Source: Heptranchias perlo (lineage: Eukaryota). Taken from it: DNA of 64,000 nt. The notes under the pieces were generated by a model. That model made no database searches and was not told where the DNA came from. It saw only the letters and a list, made by a program, of their open reading frames with translations. Location: assembly GCF_035084215.1 (NCBI RefSeq), contig NC_090331.1, forward strand, positions 56,730,001 to 56,794,000, read 5' to 3'. The translations under genes were made by a program, and so were the position numbers. Below are positions 24,401 through 39,400 of the stretch, in pieces (position 1 is the stretch's first letter; each line of letters starts with the position of its first letter).

Positions 24401-27400
24401 TTTTAAAATAGCAAAGCAGAGAAAACAGTTTTATATAAAATAGAACTGCAGCAAAAATACAGAAATGCACACCTTTAACAAACAATTTTGCAGAACAGGC
24501 ATCTGTGCCAACATCGTTGCTAACTTGGCAGGTGTAACTACCCGCATCAGATACTTTGGATGAAAACAGCTCTAACAAATATGTTGAGCCTTCATTCCAC
24601 ATAGAATATGTCACACCAGGCATCAATTCCCTGTTCTCTTTGAACCATTTTGTAGACAGTGGTGTGGTCCCTTTCACAACACTCCTAAACTGCACTGTAG
24701 AACCAAGTATAACATCCTGGGACATTATTTTGGCTGAAAAGCTTGGGGGCTCTAAAATTCACACAAAAAGAAAACATTTAATGAGCTCAGATGTACATAC
24801 AAGTTAGAAGAGCTGATCAGAGTAAAGACAACTTTATGAATAACACATGCTAACATATCCATTAAAAACCTAAGAACACTTAAGAAAATGAAGATAGAGA
24901 TGGCCTATCAGTTTTGGTTACTTCACTATCGCAGCAAAAACAAATAGAAACTGTTTGGCTAAGAAAACAAGTATTTGTTTATAGTACTGAAGAGAAAGAA
25001 ATATAGCAAAGCAATGTTTCAAACCTTTTACACTTAAGACAGCACTGCATTCATCCCTTCCTGCTGAATTTGCTGCTTTGCATGTGTAAATTCCACCGTC
25101 TGAAAAGTCTAACTCATTGACCTCTAAAGACACCATGTTGTCTTGAAATGACATCTTGTATTTGTTACTAGCTGATATTTCTCTGTCATCTTTATACCAA
25201 GAAATGCTCATTGGAATGGAACCAGAAAGTTTGCATTCCATTCGTACCAAAGATCCTAAAGTACTGCCCATTTCCTTTAGTTTTCTTGTAAACAATGGAG
25301 CAATTATTTGTTCTGTCCAATATAAAGAAAAAAAATCACAATACATCAATAAAAGTATTATAACTTTGTGATAAACTTTGGTTTTAAAATAAATGCTTGA
25401 TGAAATCAAAGCCATCGACACTAATTAATCACTGACCTATCACTGTCAAAGAAACATGGCAGCTGTTGGCTCCAAACTCATTCTGGACCTTAAAAGTATA
25501 GTCACCACTGTCAGCCATTTCAACAGAAAGAATTTTTAGACTGGCCACCTTATTCACAAAACTCATCTTATATTTTCTATTTGATTCCAGTTGCTTTCCA
25601 CTTTTGAACCATGCAACATTTAATTCTGGTGTACCAGCTACAGTACATTCCAAAATGGCTGGATTTCCTGCAGTCACTGTGAGTGGCTCAGTTTTCTCTA
25701 TAATATTCGCAGGTTCTGTGGGAAAAATTAGATATTTTACATCAGGAGAACTATGTAATATTTATGGTAGGATTGTTATTTTAAGAAAATAAATTTGGGG
25801 GCATGGACTGCACAACGGGTTTGATATCGCATGGACCTGGGTTCAAATCCAGTCAAGACAGCTGCAATAAAAATCTCATCTACATGCTTGCTGTAAGTGT
25901 TCCATGTGAAATTAGTTTGGGCAGTCTCAATATAGCTCCCAATGGGTTTGTGCATAAACTGTCTCTCAGTGGGCATTAAGTTAGAAATCTCATTCAGAGA
26001 CCTCGCAAAATAGATGGGGTGGGAAATGGGAAAATGACACACAGATACAGTGGAAATGCTCTTCTGAGGATGTGCAAGAGGCACATTTTTGGGGCAGAAT
26101 AGAGGGAGCTATACCCTGCATTTAACTGCCACACCGGAGTGCTTGATCCTGACAATGGTTGCACGACATGGAAAATGTCCCCTTTGTCAGTAATAGCATT
26201 CCTCACCTTGATGATCATAAATTAATTTAAAAACATTCAAATAATTTTACTGTGGAAAAGTAAATATTATGAAACAGAGATCAATAATTTGTGGACAATA
26301 CATATGCTCATTACTTCCTACTAACCCATTACGGTCAACGTGGCAAAACATTTTGCAGTTCCCGCATCATTCTTTGCCTGACAAATATAATTTCCACTGT
26401 GATTTTCTTCAACCTTAATAATCTGTAATGTGGCAACATTGTTTTCAAAGGACATTTTTACATTATCATCTTCTTTGACATGTTTGCCATCTTTCTTCCA
26501 GTTTGTAGATATAGGAACTGAGCCTTTTACAAGACATTGAAATACAGCAGAATTTCCAGAAAATACTGTTGCATTTTCTATTGTTTGTACGAAGGTTGGT
26601 CGCTCTAGTTTAAAGAGAATATACTCTGTTATAATTGACAATTATACAACCAATCTTCAATTATTGCAAATATTGTGCTTCAAGACATTCAATAACACCT
26701 AACAGGAAGATGACAACAAAGCAGATACCACACAACATCCAGGTAAAATCACTTACTAGAACTGGATTGTAACTGACCTTTCAAATTGACTGTAGAACTG
26801 CAGGAACAACATCCCACATCATTTTTTACTGTACACTTGTATTCACCAACATCTGAGCTATCAGACTTTAGAATGCAAAGACTGGCTAAAGAATTCTCAG
26901 AGACCATTTTGCATTTTTTACTGCGTCGAATTTGTTTATTGTCCTTATACCACATAACGTCAAAGGGACCTGAACCGGCCACCTCACATTCAAGTGTGAA
27001 ATCACTGGTTTTTACTACCTCAACTTGCTCAAGCTTCTTCGTAAATGTGGGAGGTTCTAAAGAGTAAACACATTAACATGGTTTACAAATCACAGCCACT
27101 AAATTCAATTTCTGCACAGTGTCTCCCAACAATAATCATTAACACCAAAAAATATTTCCGTGATCTTTAATTGAATGTGTGATGGCTAATCATGGACGAC
27201 AAACCAACACACAGATGTTTTCTCCTCCAGCTTATTATTTAATGCACATCAGTCAAATACTTCAACAAATACCATTCACATTTTTTCTTTTATACATAGC
27301 TACAATTTTCAATGGCATTATCAGCCCTCAACGTTAATAATTTAGCCTAGATGCACGTGACTTTAGCATGTAAAAAAGGAGGAATTTTAATTCCCCTGAT

Positions 27401-30400
27401 CAGCAGGAACAAAGAGGGGGAGCAGTTAAAACGGAGCGTCTCCATTTGCCGCTCTGTTCCCGTCACTTCCCTATTTTAGCACCGCTGGTTTTGGCGGCGG
27501 ATGTGGCGACCACTGGACTGCATCAGGAGCTGCACTAATAAATGCAAATCGGGGTCCCATAACGTACATGGAACGCAAGTGGCATTTTAACGTTCTCCTG
27601 AGCGAGATGGGCGGCACGGCTGCCCCGACAGGTAAAGTTGTCAGGGAGTCAGCGAGGGTACATTAAGAATGCATCCATAATGGGACCAGGAAGAGCACGA
27701 GAGCTACTCCGGACCCCACAGAGATATTCTGGGCCTCTATTGCTCTGGGCTTCCCCCCTCCTCAGTAATGAGACCCTCACAACACAGCACCACCAACCCC
27801 CACCCCACTCCCAGACTTACCTTGCTGCCGGCAGCCTTCTAGGTGCCAGAGCTTGGTCTTCAATCATTCCCCCCCCCCCCCCCCCCCCCGCTGCCAGCCA
27901 TCCCCCCAGCCAGCCAGCTGCCACTTTCGCTCGAAACAGATGAGCAGCTGAAAAGCGGCATTTAAATTAGGCCAAGCAGTTAATATCTGCCGGAGCCTCT
28001 GATGAAGACTCCTGCATGGCCTGGTCCTGCCAGCTTCCCACTGGAAATTAAAATCAGTCCTTAGGAGTCAACTTAAAAATGTACGAGTAAAATGTTTACA
28101 TTATGTTTCATAAATCAATTTGAGAGAAGGAGCTGGTGGCAAGTGAATAATAATTGTTATTAGCCAATTATAAAACAGCTATAAAACCAGGCTGATGAAG
28201 TCAAGGCTCCCAAATATTCTATAATTAAGCACAAGACACTTGCAACATTTTCGGAAAGACCCATTAGCTTCTGATGGAAAATTTAACTTGGAATTTTTAC
28301 ACACCTTTAACTGTAACTTTAATATCGCAAGATTCACTGCCAGCTTCATTTTGTGCTTTACAGGAATAATTCCCACTGTTATCCAGGCTTATATCAGCAA
28401 TCTCAAAGATTGCCACAGAATCAACAAATGACATTCTGTATTTTTCACTGGCTCTAATTTCACGATTATTGCTGAACCAAGTGATTTTGATTTCAGGTGT
28501 GCCAGTTACTTTGCACTCAAAATTTGCTGTCTCTCCTTTTTTAAATATTGCCGTAAGATCTAACTTCTTAATGAAATATGGAGGTTCTAGAGAAGAAAAT
28601 GTAGTAAATTTAAATATAAATGCAAAAGTCTGAAACAAACCCATACAACATAAAAAGGAACAATGAAATGCATGCAACATATAAAGGAATTAAGGAAGAC
28701 AACACACCACACAATAGCAACATCAAAAATAAGAAATAAGAGATAAGTATGTAACAATCCAAAGAAAAATAACTTTACAGACATGTAAACTTTTGAAACT
28801 GGAACACATCAGAATTTTAACTATGTTCCACAATGGTTTAAAAAGTGAACCTAAAATGCACACCTTTGATAAATAGTCTTGTCGTACAAGTGGCGCTGCC
28901 AACCTTGTTGCTGACTTCACAAGTATAGTCACCCATGTCAGAAACTTTAGCTGAAAACAACTCTAGTAAACTTGTTGAACCTTCACTTAAAATGAAACAA
29001 TCAGCTCCAGACATCAGTTCCCTGCCATCCTTCAGCCATTTTATAGATAGTGGAGCAGTTCCTTTCACAACACTTCTAAACTGCACTGCGGAACCAGGTA
29101 GACTTTCCTGGGCTACGGGTTTTTCTATAAAACTTGGTGGCTCTAAAAGTCAGGTGAAAAAAAAATAGAATTGGATCCCTGTAGGACTTAATTTACAATG
29201 TGTAAGATATCAACAAAAATAAAATGGCAGAGCTAAAATTAGAACTTACTATAAATTGCATAACAAATTTTAAACACTATGTAGTGATCCTTTTTAGGGC
29301 AACAAGCAAAAATCAGAAACTGCTGAATAAGTGCAAATTATATGCAAAAGCTATAGTAGGAACTGAAACAAAGCAAGCTCATCTTTCAAACCTGTTATAT
29401 TTAAGATACCACTGCATTCATCCATTCCTGCTGAATTGGTTGCTTTGCAAATATAAGTTCCATGATCTGAAATCTCCAGTTGATTAACTTCCAAAGTTGT
29501 TTTGCTATCTTGACATAATACTTTGTATTTTTCACTAGTTGTTATTATTTTGTAATCTTTAAACCATGAAAAGCTCATTGGAAGAGAACCAGAAACTTTG
29601 CATTCCATATGTATGAAAGATCCTAAAATACTGTCCATTTTCCGTAATTTTCTTGTAAACAATGGGGGAATTATTTGATCTGTCCAAGATAAAGTGACAA
29701 AAGCACAGCCAATCAACTTAAACAGCAAATATTTGCAAGTGCTTTAAATGAATCAAATCCACTGTGATTGTTTACAATAAGACTTAATGATTTCAAAAGT
29801 GGAATTTTCATATTTATTAGGATGTTCTTTCTGAGACCATTCAAAACAAAACTTATTTTAAAACTCTCAACACAGCTAATCTGCCGACTCTCATCATTAC
29901 AACAAACAACTTGCATTTATATAGCAACGCGCGTCACAGGTGCGTAATCAAACAAAATCTGACATTGAGCCACGTAAGGAGATATTAAGACTGGTGACAT
30001 AGGTTTTAAGGAGCGTCTTAAAGGAGGAGAGAGAGGGAGAGAGATGGGAGTTTTAGGGAGGGAATTCCAGAGCTTAGGGCCTAGGCTGCTGAAGGCACGA
30101 CTGCCAATAATGAACATCATAACAATAAGAGACTTTATATATGTTTATGGTTGATGTGATCAGGATTTCTTTATTTGCAAGCAAAATTTTCAAATGACAC
30201 TGGATATTTAAATTAGTCAAATTCTAAATGCAAATAAAACACTAACCTAGTACTGTCAATGAAGCTTTACAACTGCTGGTTCCAAATTGATTCTTGACCT
30301 CAAAAGTGTATTCAGCACTATCATCATTGGAAACAGAAGGAATCTTTAGGCTGACCACATTATTCTCAAAGCTGATTTTGTGTTTTCTGCTAGGTACCAT

Positions 30401-33400
30401 TTCATTTCCATCCTTAAAACATTTAATTTTTAGTTCTGGTGTACCAGTTACAGTACATTCCAGATTTGCTGCATTTCCTGCGGTCACACTGAGTGACTGT
30501 GCTTGTTCTGTGATTTTTGCTGGTTCTATGAGAAAAAAAAATCTCTTCAATATATCAAAAGCAAAATACTGCGGATGCTGGAAATCTGAAATAAAAACAG
30601 AAATTGCTGGAAAAGCTCAGCAAGTGAGGCAGCGTCTGTGGAGGAAGAAACAAAGTCAATGTTTCAGGTCGAAGACCTTTCATCAGAATTGGAAGATGTT
30701 AAAGTTTTTGAGCAGGTACAGAGCCAGGGAAAGGGGAGGAAAGGACAAAAGGGAAGGTCTGTGATAGGGTAGTGGGCAAGAGTGATTAAATGTCAAAAGG
30801 GATGATGGTGCGAGGCAAGGAAGGTGGTAATGGGACAGGTTCAGAAACAAAAGATTGGTCAAGAGTAGCTGTAAATGGCAACAGCAGAACCATTACCAGC
30901 AGTTGCTGTCTGAAAAAATGGAAGCAGTGGTTATGAACTGAAGTTATTGAAATCAATGTTGAGTCCAGAAGGTTGTAAAATGCCTAATCGAAAGATGAGG
31001 TGCTGTTCCTCGAGCTTACATTGAGCTTCATTGGAACAGTGTAAGAGGCCGAGGACAGAGAGGTCAGTGTGGGAGCGGGGCGGGGAATTAAAATGCCAAG
31101 CGACCGGCAGGTCAGGGTCACGCTTGTGGACAGAATGGAGATGTTCAGGAAAGCACAACCAATCTGTGTTTGGTCTCCCCAATGTAGAGGAGACCACATT
31201 GTGAGCAGAGAATACAGTATACTAAATTGAAAGAAGTACAAGTAAATCGCTGTTTCAACTGGAAGGATTGTCTGGGGACCTGGACGATGGTACATCTGCA
31301 ATATATTACTGGTATGAATCTCATTTTAGTTGATACATGATATAGAATATGAACCCACTTGTAACTAGCAAAAACTTTGGAGTGGAGAGTACTAATAAGC
31401 TAACAAATATCCTACTGACCTGCTACCGACAATGTGGCAACACACTTCTCAGTTCCTGCATCATTCTTGACCTGACACGTATATTTCCCAGCATGATTTT
31501 CTCCAACAGCATTTATTTGAAGAGTAGCAATATTATTCTCAAAAGACAATGTAATATTACCATCTTCTTGGATATCATCTTTATCTTTCATCCAAGTTAC
31601 ATACATAGGCTTTGAGCCTCTCAATAGACTTTGGAATACAATAGAATTCCCTGACAATGTTGTTATATTTTCAATCTTCTTTATAAATCCTGGGGGTTCT
31701 AGTTTAAAACAAATGATAATATGAATATTTGAACATTTTTCATAGCTCTTCATTATGGTTCTTAAAATGCTTTAATGTAAAAGGTAGAAGGCTTCCACAT
31801 ATAGCTTGGCAATGCATTCTCTAATGGAGAACATAGATAACAAAAATGGCACTATAAATAGTGGAAGAAAAATAGGTTCTGACCGCACACTATAACTGAC
31901 CTTTCAAACTGACTATAGAAGTGCAGGTACAACTCCCCACATCATTTTTTACAGTGCACTTGTATTCGCCAACATCTGATACATCAGAGTTTAGAATGCA
32001 AATGATAGCTAAAGAATTCTCAGAGATCATTTTGTATTTTTTGCTGCGTCGAATTTGTTTATTGTCCTTATACCACATAACGTCAAAGGGACCTGTGCCA
32101 GCCACCTCACATTCAAGAGTGATATCACTGGTTTTAACTATCTCAGCAGATTGAAGTTTCCTTCTAAAACTGGGAGGTTCTATAAAGTAATCACAATAAA
32201 GAAATCCAAATCAACCAAAAAGCAGAAACTAACAGTATCCCTCCTCAAGAAACTAACATATATATTTTGTTACCAAATTAAAGAAGACATTATTACAGAC
32301 CTTTAACTTCAACTTCACTGCTGCAGCTGTCACTACCAGCTTCATTCCGTGCTTCACAGATGTAGCATGAACTGTCATCCAAAATAACATCAATAATCTC
32401 AAGAACTGCCACGGAACTATCAAATGACATCATACACTTGTCACTGGCTATAATTTCATGGCTGTTTTTGTACCAAGTAATTCTGATTTCAGGTGTGCCA
32501 GTTACAATGCACTCAAAACGTGCTGAGACTCCTTTCTTTAGTATTGTTGAAGAATCTAGCTTTTTAATGAAACGAGGAGGTTCTAGAAGCCAAAATATTA
32601 CAAACTTCAATATACGTTTAAAGGATAATCAAAAGCAATTCAAACTAATATTTAGATATAAATAATTGGCTACATAACATTTACAGACTAAATTTATAAT
32701 TTTTTTAAAAACTTAGTTTAAAACTCAAATAGAGCTCTGTGTATGGTAAAGTAAACTGCATTTCCTTTTTCATATGCTATCGGGTTCCGTAATTGCTGCC
32801 TCCACCAAAATAGTTCTTCCTTCCATAGGAGGGGTGGGGCATTGTCGGCTGTGAAAGTCCTCAAAATTGACATCATTATAAGTTTACGATCAGATGATAC
32901 CAATCAATTTTAGTGAGACTGTTGGTTTTGCCAATTCTTCTTTGAATGGAGACAGAATTCTCCACCACTACATGATGCTCCACCAAGCAGTTAATGATAA
33001 ATCATCGAGTCTAACTGTGAGACCAGACTTGAATGCCAGACGATTATCACTGCCCCCTCTCCCTGGTTGGGAGTGTGAAGTTCTACCACTAGAGTTCACC
33101 AACCATCAAATAAACAAATTGTTGTTTCCAAACTTTTAAAATAGCAAAGCAGAGAAAACAGTTTTATATAAAATAGAACTGCAGCAAAAATACAGAAATG
33201 CACACCTTTAACAAACAATTTTGCAGAACAGGCATCTGTGCCAACATCGTTGCTAACTTGGCAGGTGTAACTACCCGCATCAGATACTTTGGATGAAAAC
33301 AGCTCTAACAAATATGTTGAGCCTTCATTCCACATAGAATATGTCACACCAGGCATCAATTCCCTGTTCTCTTTGAACCATTTTGTAGACAGTGGTGTGG

Positions 33401-36400
33401 TCCCTTTCACAACACTCCTAAACTGCACTGTAGAACCAAGTATAACATCCTGGGACATTATTTTGGCTGAAAAGCTTGGGGGCTCTAAAATTCACACAAA
33501 AAGAAAACATTTAATGAGCTCAGATGTATATACAAGTTAGAAGAGCTGATCAGAGTAAAGACAACTTTATGAATAACACATGCTAACATATCCATTAAAA
33601 ACCTAAGAACACTTAAGAAAATGAAGATAGAGATGGCCTATCAGTTTTGGTTACTTCACTATCGCAGCAAAAACAAATAGAAACTGTTTGGCTAAGAAAA
33701 CAAGTATTTGTTTATAGTACTGAAGAGAAAGAAATATAGCAAAGCAATGTTTCAAACCTTTTACACTTAAGACAGCACTGCATTCATCCCTTCCTGCTGA
33801 ATTTGCTGCTTTGCATGTGTAAATTCCACCGTCTGAAAAGTCTAACTCATTGACCTCTAAAGACACCATGTTGTCTTGAAATGACATCTTGTATTTGTTA
33901 CTAGCTGATATTTCTCTGTCATCTTTATACCAAGAAATGCTCATTGGAATGGAACCAGAAAGTTTGCATTCCATTCGTACCAAAGATCCTAAAGTACTGC
34001 CCATTTCCTTTAGTTTTCTTGTAAACAATGGAGCAATTATTTGTTCTGTCCAATATAAAGAAAAAAATCACAATACATCAATAAAAGTATTATAACTTTG
34101 TGATAAACTTTGGTTTTAAAATAAATGCTTGATGAAATCAAAGCCATCGACACTAATTAATCACTGACCTATCACTGTCAAAGAAACATGGCAGCTGTTG
34201 GCTCCAAACTCATTCTGGACCTTAAAAGTATAGTCACCACTGTCAGCCATTTCAACAGAAAGAATTTTTAGACTGGCCACCTTATTCACAAAACTCATCT
34301 TATATTTTCTATTTGATTCCAGTTGCTTTCCACTTTTGAACCATGCAACATTTAATTCTGGTGTACCAGCTACAGTACATTCCAAAATGGCTGGATTTCC
34401 TGCAGTCACTGTGAGTGGCTCAGTTTTCTCTATAATATTCGCAGGTTCTGTGGGAAAAATTAGATATTTTACATCAGGAGAACTATGTAATATTTATGGT
34501 AGGATTGTTATTTTAAGAAAATAAATTTGGGGGCATGGACTGCACAACGGGTTTGATATCGCATGGACCTGGGTTCAAATCCAGTCAAGACAGCTGCAAT
34601 AAAAATCTCATCTACATGCTTGCTGTAAGTGTTCCATGTGAAATTAGTTTGGGCAGTCTCAATATAGCTCCCAATGGGTTTGTGCATAAACTGTCTCTCA
34701 GTGGGCATTAAGTTAGAAATCTCATTCAGAGACCTCACAAAATAGATGGGGAGGGAAATGGGAAAATGACACACAGATACAGTGGAAATGCTCTTCTGAG
34801 GATGTGCAAGAGGCATATTTTTGGGGCAGAATAGAGGGAGCTATACCCTGCATTTAACTGCCACACCGGAGTGCTTGATCCTGACAATGGTTGCACGACA
34901 TGGAAAATGTCCCCTTTGTCAGTAATAGCATTCCTCACCTTGATGATCATAAATTAATTTAAAAACATTCAAATAATTTTACTGTGGAAAAGTAAATATT
35001 ATGAAACAGAGATCAATAATTTGTGGACAATACATATGCTCATTACTTCCTACTAACCCATTACGGTCAACGTGGCAAAACATTTTGCAGTTCCCGCATC
35101 ATTCTTTGCCTGACAAATATAATTTCCACTGTGATTTTCTTCAACCTTAATAATCTGTAATGTGGCAACATTGTTTTCAAAGGACATTTTTACATTATCA
35201 TCTTCTTTGACATGTTTGCCATCTTTCTTCCAGTTTGTAGATATAGGAACTGAGCCTTTTACAAGACATTGAAATACAGCAGAATTTCCAGAAAATACTG
35301 TTGCATTTTCTATTGTTTGTACGAAGGTTGGTCGCTCTAGTTTAAAGAGAATATACTCTGTTATAATTGACAATTATACAACCAATCTTCAATTATTGCA
35401 AATATTGTGCTTCAAGACATTCAATAACACCTAACAGGAAGATGACAACAAAGCAGATACCACACAACATCCAGGTAAAATCACTTACTAGAACTGGATT
35501 GTAACTGACCTTTCAAATTGACTGTAGAACTGCAGGAACAACATCCCACATCATTTTTTACTGTACACTTGTATTCACCAACATCTGAGCTATCAGACTT
35601 TAGAATGCAAAGACTGGCTAAAGAATTCTCAGAGACCATTTTGTATTTTTTACTGCGTCGAATTTGTTTATTGTCCTTATACCACATAACGTCAAAGGGA
35701 CCTGAACCGGCCACCTCACATTCAAGTGTGAAATCACTGGTTTTTACTACCTCAACTTGCTCAAGCTTCTTCGTAAATGTGGGAGGTTCTAAAGAGTAAA
35801 CACATTAACATGGTTTACAAATCGCAGCCACTAAATTCAATTTCTGCACAGTGACTCCCGACTATAATCACTGGCATCAAAAAATATTTCCGTGATCTTT
35901 AATTGAATGTGTGATGGCTAATCATGGACGACAAACCAACACACAGATGTTTTCTTCTACAGCTTATTATTTAATGCACATCAGTCAAATACTTTAATAA
36001 ATACCCTTCACATTTTTTCTTTCATACATAGCTACAATTTTCAATGGCATTATCTGCCCTCAATGTTAATTAATTAGCCGAGGTGCACATGACTTCAGCA
36101 TATAAAATAAAGGGATGAGGAATTTTAACTCTCCCTTATCAGCAGGAATGAAGAGGGGGTGCAGATAAAATGGAGTGGCTCCATTTCCTGCTCTGTTCCC
36201 GCCAATTCCCCATTTTAACACCGTTAGTTTTGGCGGCAGATGAGGCGACCACTGGACTGCGGCAGGATCCGCACTAATAAATGGAAATCGGGGTCGCAAT
36301 TCGTACATGGGACACATGTGGCATTTTAATGTTCTCCTGTTTCAGCTGTCCGCCAGTTAAAGTTGTAGGGAAGCTAATGAGGCCTTCGTGATCAATTAAA

Positions 36401-39400
36401 AATCTTTCCTTTGTGGGATCAGGAGGAGCTCAGGTGGTACTCCGGGCCCCGCAAAGAAAGTCTCGGCTTTTCTGCCCCGGGCTTACCCTCTCCCCACCCA
36501 TGCAACGCTTGCAAAACTTCCCCTCCCAGACTAACCTTACTGCCAGCATCCTTCTCTTGGTGCTAGAGGGCAGCCTACATTCACTCCCCATCACCCTGGC
36601 AAGCCAGCTGCTGCTTTCTGCTCGAAATGGACAAGCAATTGAATGGCGGCATTCGAATAGGGCCGAGCAGTTAAAATCTGCCGGGGCCTCCAATGAAGAC
36701 TCCTGCACAGTCTGGTCCTGCCAGCTTCCCGCCGGTAATTAAAAGTTTAAAATGTACGAGTAAAATGTTTGCATTATGTTTCATAAATCAATTTGAGAGA
36801 AGGAGCTGGTGGCAAGTGAATAATAATTGTTATTAGCCAATTATAAAACAGCTATAAAACCAGGCTGATGAAGTCAAGGCTCCCAAATATTCTATAATTA
36901 AGCACCAGACACTTGCAACATTTTCGGAAAGACCCATTAGCTTCTGATGGAAAATTTAACTTGGAATTTTTACACACCTTTAACTGTAACTTTAATATCG
37001 CAAGATTCACTGCCAGCTTCATTTTGTGCTTTACAGGAATAATTCCCACTGTCATCCAGGCTTATATCAGCAATCTCAAAGATTGCCACAGAATCAACAA
37101 ATGACATTCTGTATTTTTCACTGGCTCTAATTTCACGATTATTGCTGAACCAAGTGATTTTGATTTCAGGTGTGCCAGTTACTTTGCACTCAAAACTCGC
37201 TGTCTCTCCTTTTTTAAATATTGCCGTAAGATCTAACTTCTTAATGAAATATGGAGGTTCTAGAGAAGAAAATGTAGTAAATTTAATTATAAATGCAAAA
37301 GTCTGAAACAAACCCATACAACATAAAAAGGAACAATGAAATGCATGCAACATATAAAGGAATTAAGGAAGACAACACACCACACAATAGCAACATCAAA
37401 AATAAGAAATAAGAGATAAGTATGTAACAATCCAAAGAAAAATAACTTTACAGACATGTAAACTTTTGAAACTGGAACACATCAGAATTTTAACTATGTT
37501 CCACAATGGTTTAAAAAGTGAACCTAAAATGCACACCTTTGATAAATAGTCTTGTCGTACAAGTGGTGCTGCCAACCTTGTTGCTGACTTCACAAGTATA
37601 GTCACCCATGTCAGAAACTTTAGCTGAAAACAACTCTAGTAAACTTGTTGAACCTTCACTTAAAATGAAACAATCAGCTCCAGACATCAGTTCCCTGCCA
37701 TCCTTCAGCCATTTTATAGATAGTGGAGCAGTTCCTTTCACAACACTTCTAAACTGCACTGCGGAACCAGGTAGACTTTCCTGGGCTACGGGTTTTTCTA
37801 TAAAACTTGGTGGCTCTAAAAGTCAGGTGAAAAAAAAATAGAATTGGATCCCTGTAGGACTTAATTTACAATGTGTAAGATATCAACAAAAATAAAATGG
37901 CAGAGCTAAAATTAGAACTTACTATAAATTGCATAACAAATTTTAAACACTATGTAGTGATCCTTTTTAGGGCAACAAGCAAAAATCAGAAACTGCTGAA
38001 TAAGTGCAAATTATATGCAAAAGCTATAGTAGGAACTGAAACAAAGCAAGCTCATCTTTCAAACCTGTTATATTTAAGATACCACTGCATTCATCCATTC
38101 CTGCTGAATTGGTTGCTTTGCAAATATAAGTTCCATGATCTGAAATCTCCAGTTGATTAACTTCCAAAGTTGTTTTGCTATCTTGACATGATACTTTGTA
38201 TTTTTCACTAGTTGTTATTATTTTGTAATCTTTAAACCATGAAAAGCTCATTGGAAGAGAACCAGAAACTTTGCATTCCATATGTATGAAAGATCCTAAA
38301 ATACTGTCCATTTTCCGTAATTTTCTTGTAAACAATGGGGGAATTATTTGATCTGTCCAAGATAAAGTGACAAAAGCACAGCCAATCAACTTAAACAGCA
38401 AATATTTGCAAGTGCTTTAAATGAATCAAATCCACTGTGATTGTTTACAATAAGACTTAATGATTTCAAAAGTGGAATTTTCATATTTATTAGGATGTTC
38501 TTTCTGAGACCATTCAAAACAAAACTTATTTTAAAACTCTCAACACAGCCAATCTGGCTACTCTCATCATTACAACAAACAACCTGCATTTATATAGCGC
38601 CTTTAATGTCGAACGTACCAAGGCGATTCACAGGAGCGTTGTCAAATAAAATTGCCATTGAGCCAAATAAGGAGATATTAATACAGGTGACCGAAAGCTT
38701 GGTCGAAGAATTAGGATTTTAGGAGGGTCTTAAAGGAGGAGAGAGAGTTAGAGCGGCGGAGTGGTTTAGGGAGGGAATTCCAGAACTTAGGGCCTAGGCT
38801 GCTGAAGGCACGGCCACTAATAAGATCAATAATGAATATTATGACAATAAGAACCTTTATATATATTTATGGTTGATGTGATCAGGATTTCTTTATTTGC
38901 AAGCAAAATTTTCAAATGACACTGGATATTTAAATTAGTCAAATTCTAAATGCAAATAAAACACTAACCTAATACTGTCAATGAAGCTTTACAGCTGCTG
39001 GTTCCAAATTGATTCTTGACCTCAAAAGTGTATTCAGCACTATCATCATTGGAAACAGAAGGAATCTTTAGGCTGACCATATTATTCTCAAAGCTGATTT
39101 TGTGTTTTCTGCTAGGTACCATTTCATTTCCATCCTTAAAACATTTAACTTTTAGTTCTGGTGTACCAGTTACAGTACATTCCAGATTTGCTGCATTTCC
39201 TGCGGTCACACTGAGTGACTGTGCTTGTTCTGTGATTTTTGCTGGTTCTATGAGAAAAAAAAATCTCTTCAATATACTACGGATATGAATCAATAGTTAG
39301 TTGATACATGATAAAGAATATGAACCCACTTGTAACTAGCAAAAACTTTGGAGTGGAGGGTACTATAAAGCTAACCAATATCCTACTGACCTGCTACTGA

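Noticed and set aside
27869-27889. Poly-C run (G-run on the titin strand)
   Set aside because: Simple homopolymer inside a transposon, absent from the paralogous copy; length unreliable.
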